Origin: an uncultured cyanobacterium
GTDB taxonomy: Bacteria; Cyanobacteriota; Cyanobacteriia; Cyanobacteriales; Cyanobacteriaceae
Assembly: GCA_963749915.1 (NCBI GenBank)
Contig: CAVVOP010000008.1
Location: 32,001-96,000 of the forward strand
DNA: 64,000 bases
Direction of reading: 5' to 3'
Position 1 is the stretch's first letter. Each line of letters begins with the position of its first letter. Made by a program: the position numbers and the translations under genes. The notes beneath the pieces were generated by a model that saw only the letters and a program-made list of their open reading frames with translations, made no database searches and was not told the origin of the DNA. Of the stretch, positions 1-10,135 are shown piece by piece.

Positions 1-1062
1 CCCCTTGAAGACATGGAATTTGTACAGTTTCACCCTACGGGTTTATATCCTGTGGGGGTTTTGATTTCCGAGGCCGTCAGAGGGGAAGGGGCTTATTTAC
101 GCAATAGTGAAGGTGAGCGATTTATGGAACGTTATGCCCCGAAACAAATGGAATTAGCCCCCCGTGATATTACTTCCCGTGCCATTGTTTTAGAAATTCG
201 AGCCGGAAGAGGTATTCACCCTGATGGTAGTGCTGGAGGTATTTATGTGCATTTAGACTTAACTCACATGGGTAAGGAAAAAATCATGAGTCGAGTACCT
301 TTTTGTTGGGAAGAAGCCCATCGTTTAGTGGGTGTTGATGCAGTTTATCAACCCATGCCTGTGCGCCCTACTGTTCATTATTGTATGGGAGGTATTCCTG
401 TCAATACTGATGGGAGAGTGCGTCAAAATGCTAGTCAATTAACAGAAGGATTTTTTGCGGCGGGGGAATGTGCTTGTGTTTCTGTCCATGGGGCTAATCG
501 TCTCGGGAGTAACTCTCTGCTGGAATGTGTGGTTTACGGGAGGAGGGTTGGACGGGCCATCGCTAGTTATGTTATAGATCGTAAAATGCCCACCCTTGAC
601 GAAAAAAACTATTTACAGGAGGCAGAAAAACGTATTCAAGATTTATTATCACAAAAAGGAGATCTCAGAATTAATAGCCTGAGACAAAACTTTCAAGACA
701 CTATGACAGAGCATTGTGGAGTATTTCGTACTAAGGAGGTGATGAAAGAAGGTATTAAGCAAATTCAAGAACTTAAAGCTAAATATGGTCAAATTTTTCT
801 TGATGATAAACAGCGTAACTGGAATACTGAGTTAATCGAGGCACTCGAATTGCAAAATATCATGATAGTAGGGGAAATAATTTTAACCTCCGCCTCACGG
901 CGACAAGAAAGCCGAGGTGCCCATTCACGGGAAGATTATCCCGCCAGAGATGACCAAAATTTTCTACAACATACTTTAGCTTCTTATTCAACTGATAGTG
1001 TCAAGGTTGATTATATGCCCGTAGTTATAACTATGTTTGAACCTAAAGAACGGAAATACTAA
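1..1062 (+). CDS. sdhA: Succinate dehydrogenase/fumarate reductase flavoprotein subunit, 3' part (5' end outside window)
   Basis: Motifs MEFVQFHPTG, SEAVRGEGA, HYCMGGI, SVHGANRLGSNSLLE, ESRGAHSREDYP. Confidence 0.95.
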   Translation, partial: PLEDMEFVQFHPTGLYPVGVLISEAVRGEGAYLRNSEGERFMERYAPKQMELAPRDITSRAIVLEIRAGRGIHPDGSAGGIYVHLDLTHMGKEKIMSRVPFCWEEAHRLVGVDAVYQPMPVRPTVHYCMGGIPVNTDGRVRQNASQLTEGFFAAGECACVSVHGANRLGSNSLLECVVYGRRVGRAIASYVIDRKMPTLDEKNYLQEAEKRIQDLLSQKGDLRINSLRQNFQDTMTEHCGVFRTKEVMKEGIKQIQELKAKYGQIFLDDKQRNWNTELIEALELQNIMIVGEIILTSASRRQESRGAHSREDYPARDDQNFLQHTLASYSTDSVKVDYMPVVITMFEPKERKY

Positions 1063-1127
1063 TATAATAATTGATTTAATTCACAGAAACACAGAAGATC
1101 TAGCTAACAGTTATTTTTATTCATCAA

Positions 1128-2120
1128 ATGATTAATATTAATTTTTCTCCGCAGGTTTACACACTATGTGTCGTTATCGTTAACTATCGAACTCCTGGGT
1201 TAACCATTGACTGTTTACAATCTTTACGGCCAGAAATTCAAACTTTGCCCCCCACAAAAGTCGTAGTAGTAGATAATAATTCTGGTGATAATTCTGTTTC
1301 CTTAATTCAAAATGCGATCGTCTCTAATAATTGGCAAGAGTGGACATCTGTCATTGCCTCTCCTGTTAATGGGGGATTCTCCTATGGTAATAATGTGGGC
1401 ATAAAAGCCATTCAAGCTGATAATTATTTACTCTTAAATAGTGATACCATAGTTCGCCATGGTGCAATTAAGATTTTATTCGATGCTTTAGAAAAATATC
1501 CCCCAGCTGGAATTATTAGTCCTCGTTTAGAATGGTTAGATGAAACACCTCAAATTAGTTGTTTTCGAGATAGATCGCCCATTAATGAGTTAATAAACGC
1601 AGCTAAAACAGGTATAGTCACCAAAATGTTAAATAAATATGATGTGCCTTTGCCCGTGAGTGACACCATCAGAGAAGTAGAATGGACTAGTTTTGCCTGT
1701 GTGTTAATCAGAAAGGACGTAATAGAGAAAATTGGTTTAATGGATGAAGATTATTTCATGTATTTTGATGACATTGACTATTGTCGCCGCACTAGGGAAG
1801 CCGGTTGGCAAATAATTCACTATCCGACTGCTAGAGTCGTACATCTCAGGGGAGGCAGTGGTTCGGTGAAAAAAGATCTTGCTAGTCGTAAACGCCCTCC
1901 TGCTTATCTTTATGCCTCTCGTTCTCGATATTTTGCCAAATTTTACGGTATATCTGGCTTATGGTTAGCCAATTTTTTATGGTTAATGGGACGCAGTCTT
2001 TCTATCATAAGAGAAATAATTGAGAGAAAACCCTCCCAAACTTGCGAATTGGAATCAAGGGATATTTGGTTCAACTGGTATAATCCCTTAAAACCTTTTA
2101 ATCATTTAGAAAGAACATAA
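1128..2120 (+). CDS. Family 2 glycosyltransferase
   Basis: VVIVNY, VVVDNNSGD, NGGFSYGNN, LLLNSD, DEDYFMYFDDIDYC; stop overlaps next start (TAATG). Confidence 0.9.
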   Translation: MININFSPQVYTLCVVIVNYRTPGLTIDCLQSLRPEIQTLPPTKVVVVDNNSGDNSVSLIQNAIVSNNWQEWTSVIASPVNGGFSYGNNVGIKAIQADNYLLLNSDTIVRHGAIKILFDALEKYPPAGIISPRLEWLDETPQISCFRDRSPINELINAAKTGIVTKMLNKYDVPLPVSDTIREVEWTSFACVLIRKDVIEKIGLMDEDYFMYFDDIDYCRRTREAGWQIIHYPTARVVHLRGGSGSVKKDLASRKRPPAYLYASRSRYFAKFYGISGLWLANFLWLMGRSLSIIREIIERKPSQTCELESRDIWFNWYNPLKPFNHLERT

Positions 2121-2995
2121 TGACTAAATTACCTGATTTTTTAATTATTGGGGCGATGAAGTGTGCTACTAGTACCCTTCATGAACAATTAGCATTACAA
2201 TCTGGTATTTTCATGACAGAATTAAAAGAGCCTAATTTTTTTAGTAATGACGAAGAATACCAAAAGGGAATCGAATGGTATTTATCCCATTTTCAAAAGG
2301 CCAGTGAATATGATCTTTGTGGAGAATCTAGCACTCATTATACAAAACTACCGACTTATCCTCATACTATTGAGCGCATTAAAACCCACGTACCAGAGGT
2401 TAAATTTATTTATGTAATGCGTCATCCTCTCGATCGCCTTATCTCTCAATATATCCATGAGTGGACCCAAAGGGTAATCCATATAAATATTAATGAGGCG
2501 ATTAATCAATATCCAGAGTTAATTGCTTATAGTCAATATACTATGCAGATTAAACCTTATTTTGACACTTTTGGACAAGAGAGAGTTTTGCCGGTGTTTT
2601 TTGAAAGATTATTACAATATCCGCAAACAGAATTAGAAAGAATTGGTAAATTTATCGGTTATCCCCATCAACCTCAATGGCAAAATTTAGATGCTGTTAA
2701 TGTATCTACAGAAAGAATGCGCAATAGCACTTGGCGGGATTTGTTAGTGGAAGCACCTATATTAAAAGAAATTAGACAAAATTTGATTCCTAAAAGTTTT
2801 CGTAATTGGATTAAAAATTTATGGACAATGAAGGAAAAACCCCAATTGGAATCAGAAAAAATAGAATATTTAAAGTCAGTTTTTGATGAAGATTTAAAAA
2901 TATTAGGAGGTTGGCTCGGAATACAATTGAATTGTGATAACTATAAAGAAGTAGTTGAAGAGTCAGAATTGAATTGGAAAATTACTATTTCTTAA
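2120..2995 (+). CDS. PAPS-dependent sulfotransferase
   Basis: PDFLIIGAMKCATSTL 5'-PSB loop, KEPNFF, GESSTHY, RHPLDRLISQY 3'-PB motif. Confidence 0.9.
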   Translation: MTKLPDFLIIGAMKCATSTLHEQLALQSGIFMTELKEPNFFSNDEEYQKGIEWYLSHFQKASEYDLCGESSTHYTKLPTYPHTIERIKTHVPEVKFIYVMRHPLDRLISQYIHEWTQRVIHININEAINQYPELIAYSQYTMQIKPYFDTFGQERVLPVFFERLLQYPQTELERIGKFIGYPHQPQWQNLDAVNVSTERMRNSTWRDLLVEAPILKEIRQNLIPKSFRNWIKNLWTMKEKPQLESEKIEYLKSVFDEDLKILGGWLGIQLNCDNYKEVVEESELNWKITIS

Positions 2996-3128
2996 TCTTC
3001 CAATTCTGTAAAACTGAAATAGCGATCGCAGTTATCCCCCCAATTCGAGAATCCAATTAAAAAGATTTTTGTTCAAAGTTCAATTAAAAAATGGCTACAC
3101 TTAATAAAAGTAATAGGAGAGATTAATC

Positions 3129-3782
3129 ATGAAAGTATTTGTTGCAGGTGCCACGGGACAAACTGGTAGCAGAATTGTAGCGGAATTAGTAAAACGTAAT
3201 ATTTCTGTCTGTGCCTTAGTCAGAGATGAAAGTAAAGCGTCTGAAATTTTACCCCCTTCCGTTGAGTTGGTAATTGGTGATATTCTTCAACCGTCCTCTT
3301 TTTCTTCTGCCCTAACTGACTGTGATATTGTGATTTGTGCCACTGGTGCAACTCCTAGTTTGGATCCAACTGCTTTTTACAAAGTGGATTATGAGGGTAG
3401 TAAAAATCTGATTAATTTGGCGAAGGAAAATAAGATCGAAAAATTTATTTTTGTCACTTCTTTATGCGTATCAAAATTCTTTCATCCCCTTAACTTATTT
3501 GGTTTGGTATTATTCTGGAAAAAACAAGCAGAAAAATATTTAATCGACAGTGGCTTAAACTACACTATTGTGCGTCCGGCAGGATTAAAAAACGAGAACA
3601 ATCAATATCCGTTAGTTGTTAGTGGTGCTGATACTTTATTTGAAGGTTCAATTCCTCGAATAAAAGTGGCAGAAGTTTGTGTAGAATCCATTTTTCACCC
3701 TGAAACCAATAATCGTATTTTAGAGATAGTAGCCAAAGAAGATGCTCCCGATCAAGACTGGAATCAATTATTTGCAGTTTAA
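3129..3782 (+). CDS. Atypical SDR / NAD(P)-binding oxidoreductase (NmrA/Tic62-like)
   Basis: Rossmann motif GATGQTG, VDYEG, YTIVRPAGL. Confidence 0.85.
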   Translation: MKVFVAGATGQTGSRIVAELVKRNISVCALVRDESKASEILPPSVELVIGDILQPSSFSSALTDCDIVICATGATPSLDPTAFYKVDYEGSKNLINLAKENKIEKFIFVTSLCVSKFFHPLNLFGLVLFWKKQAEKYLIDSGLNYTIVRPAGLKNENNQYPLVVSGADTLFEGSIPRIKVAEVCVESIFHPETNNRILEIVAKEDAPDQDWNQLFAV

Positions 3783-4013
3783 TTGAAATTTCTTTCAAAT
3801 ATTGTGACCCATTAAAATTGTCCCAACTTAAGTGATCTAATTCTCTGTCCGTGGTTCTTAATTTTTCTTGAATACTTAAAGCGTTTTCTGAATCCCACCC
3901 ATTTTTTCGCTCACCCTGTACAAAATATTATGTTAAAGATGTAATCTTATTATCCTGCTTCAAACTGGGATAAAATACTTAACCAAAGAGAACACATAGG
4001 GGAATAACTGTTA

Positions 4014-4931
4014 ATGAGAGAAAAAATTACCATCCTCAAAGAAAATTTAGCCCGTACAATTGTAGGAAAGGAAGATACGATTAAATTAGTTATAGTTGCC
4101 TTATTGAGTGGTGGTCATGTTTTACTAGAAGATGTCCCTGGTGTAGGAAAAACTTTACTAGCCAAGTCTCTTGCCCGTTCTATTCACGGCAAATTTCAGC
4201 GCATTCAATGCACTCCTGATTTATTACCTAGTGATGTTACAGGTACAAATATATGGAATCCTAACACTAGAGAATTCGAATTTTTATCGGGTCCCGCTTT
4301 TGCTAATATACTACTAACAGACGAAATTAATAGGGCAACCCCTCGCACCCAATCATCTCTTTTAGAAGTAATGGAAGAAAAGCAAATTACCGTTGATGGT
4401 GTCGCCCGTTTTGTCCCTTCCCCATTCTTCGTGATTGCCACTCAAAACCCCATAGAATATCAAGGCACATTTCCTCTACCAGAGGCACAAATGGATCGTT
4501 TCGCTATATCTCTTAGTTTGGGTTACCCTTCTTTTGAAGAAGAATTGCAGATGTTGGATAAACAATTAAGCTCAGCCTTTGTTAATGAACTTTCTCCCTG
4601 TATTAGTTTGGAAGAAGTTATAGAATTACAAAGACAAGTATCTCACATCACAGTATCACCAGAAATACAAAAATATATTATAAACTTGATTACCGCTTCC
4701 CGTAATGATGACGACATTATTTTAGGGGTAAGTCCTCGTGGTACTGTAACCTTACAAAAAACTAGTCAGGCATTGGCATTTTTAGAGGGTAGAGATTATG
4801 TTATTCCCGATGACATCAAATTTTTAGCACCAAATGTCTTGTCTCATCGTCTCATCCCCGCCGGAGGAAGAAATGCTAAGGTGATAGTGGCCCGTTTACT
4901 AAATACGGTGGCCGTAGAAATGGACAATTAA
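4014..4931 (+). CDS. moxR: MoxR-family AAA+ ATPase
   Basis: HVLLEDVPGVGKT, RIQCTPDLLPSD, DEINRATPRTQSSLLE, ATQNPIEYQGTFPLPEAQMDRF. Confidence 0.92.
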   Translation: MREKITILKENLARTIVGKEDTIKLVIVALLSGGHVLLEDVPGVGKTLLAKSLARSIHGKFQRIQCTPDLLPSDVTGTNIWNPNTREFEFLSGPAFANILLTDEINRATPRTQSSLLEVMEEKQITVDGVARFVPSPFFVIATQNPIEYQGTFPLPEAQMDRFAISLSLGYPSFEEELQMLDKQLSSAFVNELSPCISLEEVIELQRQVSHITVSPEIQKYIINLITASRNDDDIILGVSPRGTVTLQKTSQALAFLEGRDYVIPDDIKFLAPNVLSHRLIPAGGRNAKVIVARLLNTVAVEMDN

Positions 4932-5018
4932 CAATTAATTAACGATGTTCACTGAAAATTTATTAGTTCTTCATTCGTAATTTCCTATTTAATGTTGTGG
5001 GATGGTAAAGGTTTTAAA

Positions 5019-5510
5019 ATGGTCAAAAAACACTGGGTTACACTGATTATAGGCTTTATTCTTGGCTGGAGTGTTATTTTGGGGTGGGTTACATCTTATA
5101 GTTTTAACTCTATGGCCATCGCTCAAGGCACAAAATCCGTAGATAAAGCCACAGGCAACTTTAAGATAGGAGAAGACTTATATTTAGAAAACTGTGCTAC
5201 TTGTCACATACCGATTCCTCCTGCTGTGTTACCACAAGAAACATGGCAAACAATTTTAGAAACTCCTGGAAATCATTATGGCACCAAGGTAGAGGGATTA
5301 ACGGGTTTTACTCAACGGTTAATGTGGCAATATTTACAAAATTATTCCAGACAGTTATTAAAAGACGAATTTCAACCAAAATTTATGGCTCAATCCCGTT
5401 ATTTTTTTGCCCTTCATCCTCAAGTAAACTTACCCTCTCCTATTACTCTTAATAGTTGTCTTGAATGTCATTCTCAAGCAGAAAATTTTGATTATAGCGA
5501 TGATAATTAG
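5019..5510 (+). CDS. Exported diheme cytochrome c-like protein
   Basis: Hydrophobic N-terminus plus two CxxCH motifs (CATCH, CLECH); start could be 4992 or 5019. Confidence 0.75.
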   Translation: MVKKHWVTLIIGFILGWSVILGWVTSYSFNSMAIAQGTKSVDKATGNFKIGEDLYLENCATCHIPIPPAVLPQETWQTILETPGNHYGTKVEGLTGFTQRLMWQYLQNYSRQLLKDEFQPKFMAQSRYFFALHPQVNLPSPITLNSCLECHSQAENFDYSDDN

Positions 5511-5546
5511 GAACATAGACAAATTGCTTTACCTATTCAGTAATGC

Positions 5547-5586
5547 AAAAAAACAAAAAGACAGGTAATGGAATAAAACCTGTCCT
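5547..5586 (-). terminator. Intrinsic terminator after rplL
   Basis: GACAGGT/ACCTGTC stem followed by a T-tract on the minus strand. Confidence 0.6.
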
Positions 5587-5645
5587 TCCGATTCTTTTTT
5601 TTCAGTAGAGTAGGCCATGCCCACGAAGAAATCTATTTTAATAAA

Positions 5646-6026
5646 CTATTTCACAGTTGCTTTAGCACCAGCTTCTTCTAACTGTTTCTTGATAGCTTCA
5701 GCTTCTTCTTTCCCAACGGCTTCTTTAACTGCTTTAGGTGCGGATTCCACTAATTCTTTGGTTTCTTTTAAACCTAAACCGGTGATAGTACGAACGACTT
5801 TAAGAACATCCATTTTCTTGTCACCGAAACTTTCTAAGATAACCTCAAATTCGGTTTGTTCTTCAACTTCTTCAGCAGGAGCAGCTGCAGCCGCTACAAC
5901 AACACCACCAGCGGGAGCTGCAGCACTTACGCCAAAGACCTCTTCTATTTGTTTAACTAATTCAGAGGCTTCTAATAAACTTAAGGTTTTTAACTCTTCA
6001 ACGATATTTGCTACTTTACTAGACAT
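5646..6026 (-). CDS. rplL: 50S ribosomal protein L7/L12
   Basis: [37 protein letters not shown]...[11 protein letters not shown]; true ATG at 6026 with AAGGAG RBS upstream. Confidence 0.97.
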   Translation of the reverse strand: MSSKVANIVEELKTLSLLEASELVKQIEEVFGVSAAAPAGGVVVAAAAAPAEEVEEQTEFEVILESFGDKKMDVLKVVRTITGLGLKETKELVESAPKAVKEAVGKEEAEAIKKQLEEAGAKATVK

Positions 6027-6084
6027 AATTAAAATTGATCTCCTTCGTACAATTAATTTGGATAAACAGTGAAACCGACTATAG

Positions 6085-6627
6085 TTAAGCGGCTTCTTTT
6101 TGAGATTTGACAGCATCGATAGCACGAGCCAAAGAAGTAGGCAACTCGTTAATACCACGAGCCACTTTCGTCGTAATAGCATTGATTGAACCAGCGATTT
6201 GGGCAATGAGTTGCTCTTTGGTCGGCAAATCAGCTAAGGCTTTAACTTGGGCTTCACTGAGGGCCTGGCCTTCCATGACACCCCCTCGTAATTCGCTTTT
6301 CTTACGCTCTTTTTGGAATCCTTGATAAGCACGAACGGCAGTACCAATATTCTCTTCATCAGCTAAAACAAAAGCAGAAGTACCTTTTAAGTAAGGGTTA
6401 ATGGCTTCCCATTTCTCGTTACCTTCGACGGCTTTGCTCATTAAGGTGTTTTTTGTGACCTTGCAGATATTACCGCTTTCTCTTAACCGGTTACGTAAAT
6501 CGGTAATGTCAGCAACACTAAGCCCTTGGTAATCAACGACGAATGCCAATTGAGATTTATCAAGTAACTGTTTAATTTCAGCTACTTCTTTTTTCTTGCT
6601 TTCTAGGGATTTAGATATTGTTCTCAC
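6085..6627 (-). CDS. rplJ: 50S ribosomal protein L10
   Basis: [39 protein letters not shown] start with GGAG RBS. Confidence 0.96.
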   Translation of the reverse strand: MRTISKSLESKKKEVAEIKQLLDKSQLAFVVDYQGLSVADITDLRNRLRESGNICKVTKNTLMSKAVEGNEKWEAINPYLKGTSAFVLADEENIGTAVRAYQGFQKERKKSELRGGVMEGQALSEAQVKALADLPTKEQLIAQIAGSINAITTKVARGINELPTSLARAIDAVKSQKEAA

Positions 6628-6704
6628 CTCCTTGGGTGTTAAATTTTGTTGTCTTTGAATTTGATTTTTCGTAAAACCAAAAATATTTATCGACCAACGG
6701 GCAC

Positions 6705-6885
6705 TAAAAAACCCAAGCCATATTTAGCCGGGTTCTCTGGTTGATGTATTGAGATAATTTTTTATGATAAACAGTGCCTCAAGAAAATATTAACTTTCTC
6801 AAAAACCACCTTTACTTAGTATCTGCATCAACCTAGGCAGGGATATTAAGCTACTAATTAGCTCCTGCTGTCTTCGGCTTGTTGC
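6705..6885 (-). promoter_or_regulatory. Ribosomal protein L10 leader (autoregulatory cis-RNA) with downstream attenuator-like hairpin
   Basis: Minus strand reads GCCGAAGACAGCAGG...TTAATATCCCTGCCTAGG, matching the L10-leader core as I recall it; hairpin AACCCGGC-TAAATATG-GCTTGGGTTTTTT lies before rplJ. Confidence 0.8.
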
Positions 6886-7092
6886 CAAATTTAATATATA
6901 TTTTGACCTGAACAAGTAATTATAACTAAAATAACTCTTTTTTGCAATAGGTTTTTGGTTATCCATATCAATCCTCTCTTCTGCCTTCTACTGACAAATT
7001 AAACAGGGGGTTTTGTGCAAAGATAACCTATAATTAATTGAGAACAAAATCAAAAAGTAATTGTTAATTGTTATATTATTAGTTGTCATTGT

Positions 7093-8526
7093 ATGTCTTT
7101 CCAAGCTAATCCGATTAAATTTGGCACCGATGGTTGGCGTGGGGTTATTGCCGCCGATTTTACCTTTGACCGTGTGGCTAAGTTAGCTCCCGTATGTGCT
7201 CAAGTTTTACGAGAATCTAATCCTAATTCTCATTCAATGATTGTCGGTTACGATCGCCGTTTTATGGCGGAAGATTTTGCTCGTCTCGCGGCGGAGACTT
7301 TACAAGAATCTGGTTTTGATGTGCTACTTTCAGAAAGTTTTGCCCCCACTCCTGCTTTTAGTTGGGCGGCAAAGGCTGAAAATGCTCTGGGTGCATTAGT
7401 ATTAACGGCTAGTCATAATCCAGCTAAATATTTAGGTTTAAAGGTAAAAGGCGGTTTTGGTGGTTCAGTTCCGGGGGATGTTACCGCTAAAATTGAATCT
7501 ATGTTGAATTCTGATACCCCAAGGTTAGAAAAGAAAGGCACTTTAACCCTGTTTGATCCTTGGGAAAGTTACTGTAATCAGCTGAGATCCCTTGTTAACA
7601 TTGATTTGATTAAAAATGCCGTCACTTCTGGCAAATTAAAAATTTTAGTTGACGTTATGCACGGGGCGGCTTCCACAGGTTTAAGTCGTTTGCTGGGTTG
7701 TGATATACCCGAAATAAACGCGGAGAGAGACCCTCTATTTGGAGGGGGGGCACCTGAGCCTTTACCACGCTATATCTCTGAGTTATTTCGGCAGGTCAAA
7801 GAAACGGCAAAAACTCATCCCCATAGCCTTAGAGTCGGTTTAGTGTTTGATGGAGACTGCGATCGCATTGCCTCCCTTGACGGCAACGGAAACTTCTGTA
7901 GTACTCAGATTTTGATTCCCATTTTAATAGAACATTTAGCCAGCCGTCGCAAATTAAAGGGAGAAATTGTCAAAACCGTGAGCGGCTCGGATTTAATCCC
8001 TAAAATAGCTGATTTATTTAATGTTCCCCTTTATGAAACGGCCATAGGTTATAAATATATTGCAGAAAGAATGTTAACTTCTCAAGTGCTAGTAGGGGGA
8101 GAAGAATCCGGCGGCGTGGGCTATAGTAATCATATTCCTGAGCGTGACGCTTTATTATCGGCGTTGTATGTATTAGAGGCAGTAGTAGAGTCAGGAAAAG
8201 ACATCTCGACTTTATACAATAATTTACAACAACAAGTCAACTTTGATTCAAGTTACGATCGCATTGATTTAACCCTAGCAAATATAGAGCAAAAAAAACA
8301 ACTACAGGAAAGATTAGAAAGCACACCCTTAAACGAAATTGCAGGGAAAAAAGTAACTGATTGTTTAGCCATTGACGGTTATAAATATCGCCTTGAAGAT
8401 AACAGTTGGTTATTAATTCGTTTTAGTGGTACTGAACCATTGTTACGTCTATATTCTGAAGCTCCTACATTAAAAATTGTGCAAGAGAATCTAGCATGGG
8501 CGAAAAAATGGGCAAACAATAATTGA
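7093..8526 (+). CDS. Phosphoglucomutase/phosphomannomutase family protein
   Basis: FGTDGWRG, TASHNP phosphoserine motif, FDGDCDR, GEESGG, RFSGTEPLLRLYSE. Confidence 0.93.
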   Translation: MSFQANPIKFGTDGWRGVIAADFTFDRVAKLAPVCAQVLRESNPNSHSMIVGYDRRFMAEDFARLAAETLQESGFDVLLSESFAPTPAFSWAAKAENALGALVLTASHNPAKYLGLKVKGGFGGSVPGDVTAKIESMLNSDTPRLEKKGTLTLFDPWESYCNQLRSLVNIDLIKNAVTSGKLKILVDVMHGAASTGLSRLLGCDIPEINAERDPLFGGGAPEPLPRYISELFRQVKETAKTHPHSLRVGLVFDGDCDRIASLDGNGNFCSTQILIPILIEHLASRRKLKGEIVKTVSGSDLIPKIADLFNVPLYETAIGYKYIAERMLTSQVLVGGEESGGVGYSNHIPERDALLSALYVLEAVVESGKDISTLYNNLQQQVNFDSSYDRIDLTLANIEQKKQLQERLESTPLNEIAGKKVTDCLAIDGYKYRLEDNSWLLIRFSGTEPLLRLYSEAPTLKIVQENLAWAKKWANNN

Positions 8527-8718
8527 TAATTAATGACTATAGAACTTACCCACATGAGCACATAAAACACTATTTATGGTGGTAAGGTAAGGAGTGCATT
8601 ACTTACACTTGGGCTCTCTATTTTATTTACACAGTTCATTTAGATTTATCATTGTCCATTTCCCATTCTTTTCTTTGTCCAAAAATACTCATTATTAACT
8701 TTCTTAAATCATAAAAAA

Positions 8719-9666
8719 ATGTCCGCTCAAATTGAACCAAAATTAATTATTCACGGTGGTGCCGGTAGTTCCCTCAAAGGAAAAGGCGGATTAGAGGTTG
8801 TGCGTCAATCTTTACATGAAATTGTGGGGCAGGTATATCAATTATTATTAGATGGTAAAAGTGCCACGGAGGCTGTGATAAAAGGATGCCAGTTACTGGA
8901 AGACAATCCTCGTTTTAATGCTGGTACTGGTTCAGTTCTACAATCTGACGGACAAATTAGAATGAGTGCATCGTTGATGGATGGAGAAAAACAAAGATTT
9001 AGTGGTGTAATTAATGTTTCTAGGGTTAAAAATCCCATTAATTTAGCGCAAACACTCCAAAATCAAGATGATCGTGTTTTATCAGATTATGGTAGTGCAG
9101 AATTACTCAGAGAATTACACTCACCCATATATGATCCTTTGACAGAACTAAGATTACATGAGTGGATTGAAGAAAGAAAGGCAAATTTCACCAGAAAAAT
9201 GGCTGGAGTAGTAGCCGAAAGTAGTGACAATGTTCGTAAAGGTACAATTGGAGTTGTCGCCCTTGATAAACAAGGTAGAATTAGTGCGGGTACTTCCACC
9301 GGCGGTAAAGGTTTAGAAAGAATTGGTAGGGTGAGTGACTCGGCCATGCCTGCGGGTAATTATGCTAATGGTCAAGCAGGAGTCAGCTGTACTGGTATAG
9401 GAGAGGATATTATTGACGAATGTTTAGCTGCCAAGGTAGTAATTCGTGCCACTGACGGTTTATCTTTAGCTGAAGCGATGGAAAAATCGATGAAAGAGGC
9501 TTCCTTAAATAAACGGGATTTAGGGGCTATTTCCCTTGATCGTCATGGCAAAATAGTGTGGGGTAAAACTAGCGAAGTATTATTAGCAGCTTATCATAAC
9601 GGTAAAAACATAGGGGATTCCCTAGAATGGTACGACGACAATAAGTTAATTGATATATCTGAATAA
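8719..9666 (+). CDS. iaaA: Isoaspartyl peptidase/L-asparaginase (Ntn hydrolase)
   Basis: IIHGGAG, LEDNPRFNAGTGS, autocleavage site G|TIGVVALD, TSTGG, GRVSDS. Confidence 0.9.
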   Translation: MSAQIEPKLIIHGGAGSSLKGKGGLEVVRQSLHEIVGQVYQLLLDGKSATEAVIKGCQLLEDNPRFNAGTGSVLQSDGQIRMSASLMDGEKQRFSGVINVSRVKNPINLAQTLQNQDDRVLSDYGSAELLRELHSPIYDPLTELRLHEWIEERKANFTRKMAGVVAESSDNVRKGTIGVVALDKQGRISAGTSTGGKGLERIGRVSDSAMPAGNYANGQAGVSCTGIGEDIIDECLAAKVVIRATDGLSLAEAMEKSMKEASLNKRDLGAISLDRHGKIVWGKTSEVLLAAYHNGKNIGDSLEWYDDNKLIDISE

Positions 9667-9797
9667 CTGACGTTACCTAAACGTTTCTTAACTTATTTTC
9701 ATATTTCTCTAGGAAAACGGCTAAAAATCTAAGACAATAGAAAGAAATAGAATAATTTTGTAGAATGGATTAAGTAATAGGATTAGTTAAATATTAT

Positions 9798-10028
9798 ATG
9801 AACAATAACACTTTGTCTGAAGGACGTGGCATCGATAAGGTAGAAATGTCTATTCACCTTGATTCTGAATTGGTAGAAAAAATTAAACACCTAACTAACG
9901 ATCCTAGTCGAGTGATTGAATCTGCACTCAAAGAATGGTTAAAAGGTGAGAAACCACAAGATGATGATTTAACTCGTACTTTACGCCGCAATCCCCCTGT
10001 TCCTCCTAGAGGGGAATGGAATGACTAA
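9798..10028 (+). CDS. Small hypothetical protein, ribbon-helix-helix/CcdA-like
   Basis: 76 aa; MSIHLDSELVEKIK...SRVIESALKEWL pattern typical of RHH proteins. Confidence 0.55.
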   Translation: MNNNTLSEGRGIDKVEMSIHLDSELVEKIKHLTNDPSRVIESALKEWLKGEKPQDDDLTRTLRRNPPVPPRGEWND

Positions 10029-10135
10029 CAATAAACAATTAATACAATGAACAATTAAAGAGAAAATCTCCCTAGTCCTCTGGTATTTTTCTGTACCTAT
10101 CTTCTCGTCGATTTCCTATTCCTCCCAGAAAATCA

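Noticed and set aside
5617..6325. Plus-strand ORFs 5617-6072 and 6107-6325, and the long N-terminal extension of rplL to 6206
   Set aside because: Antisense shadows of rplL/rplJ; rplL really starts at 6026
9798..10028. Toxin-antitoxin module
   Set aside because: An RHH-like protein is present but there is no adjacent toxin gene; neighbours are iaaA and a histidine kinase
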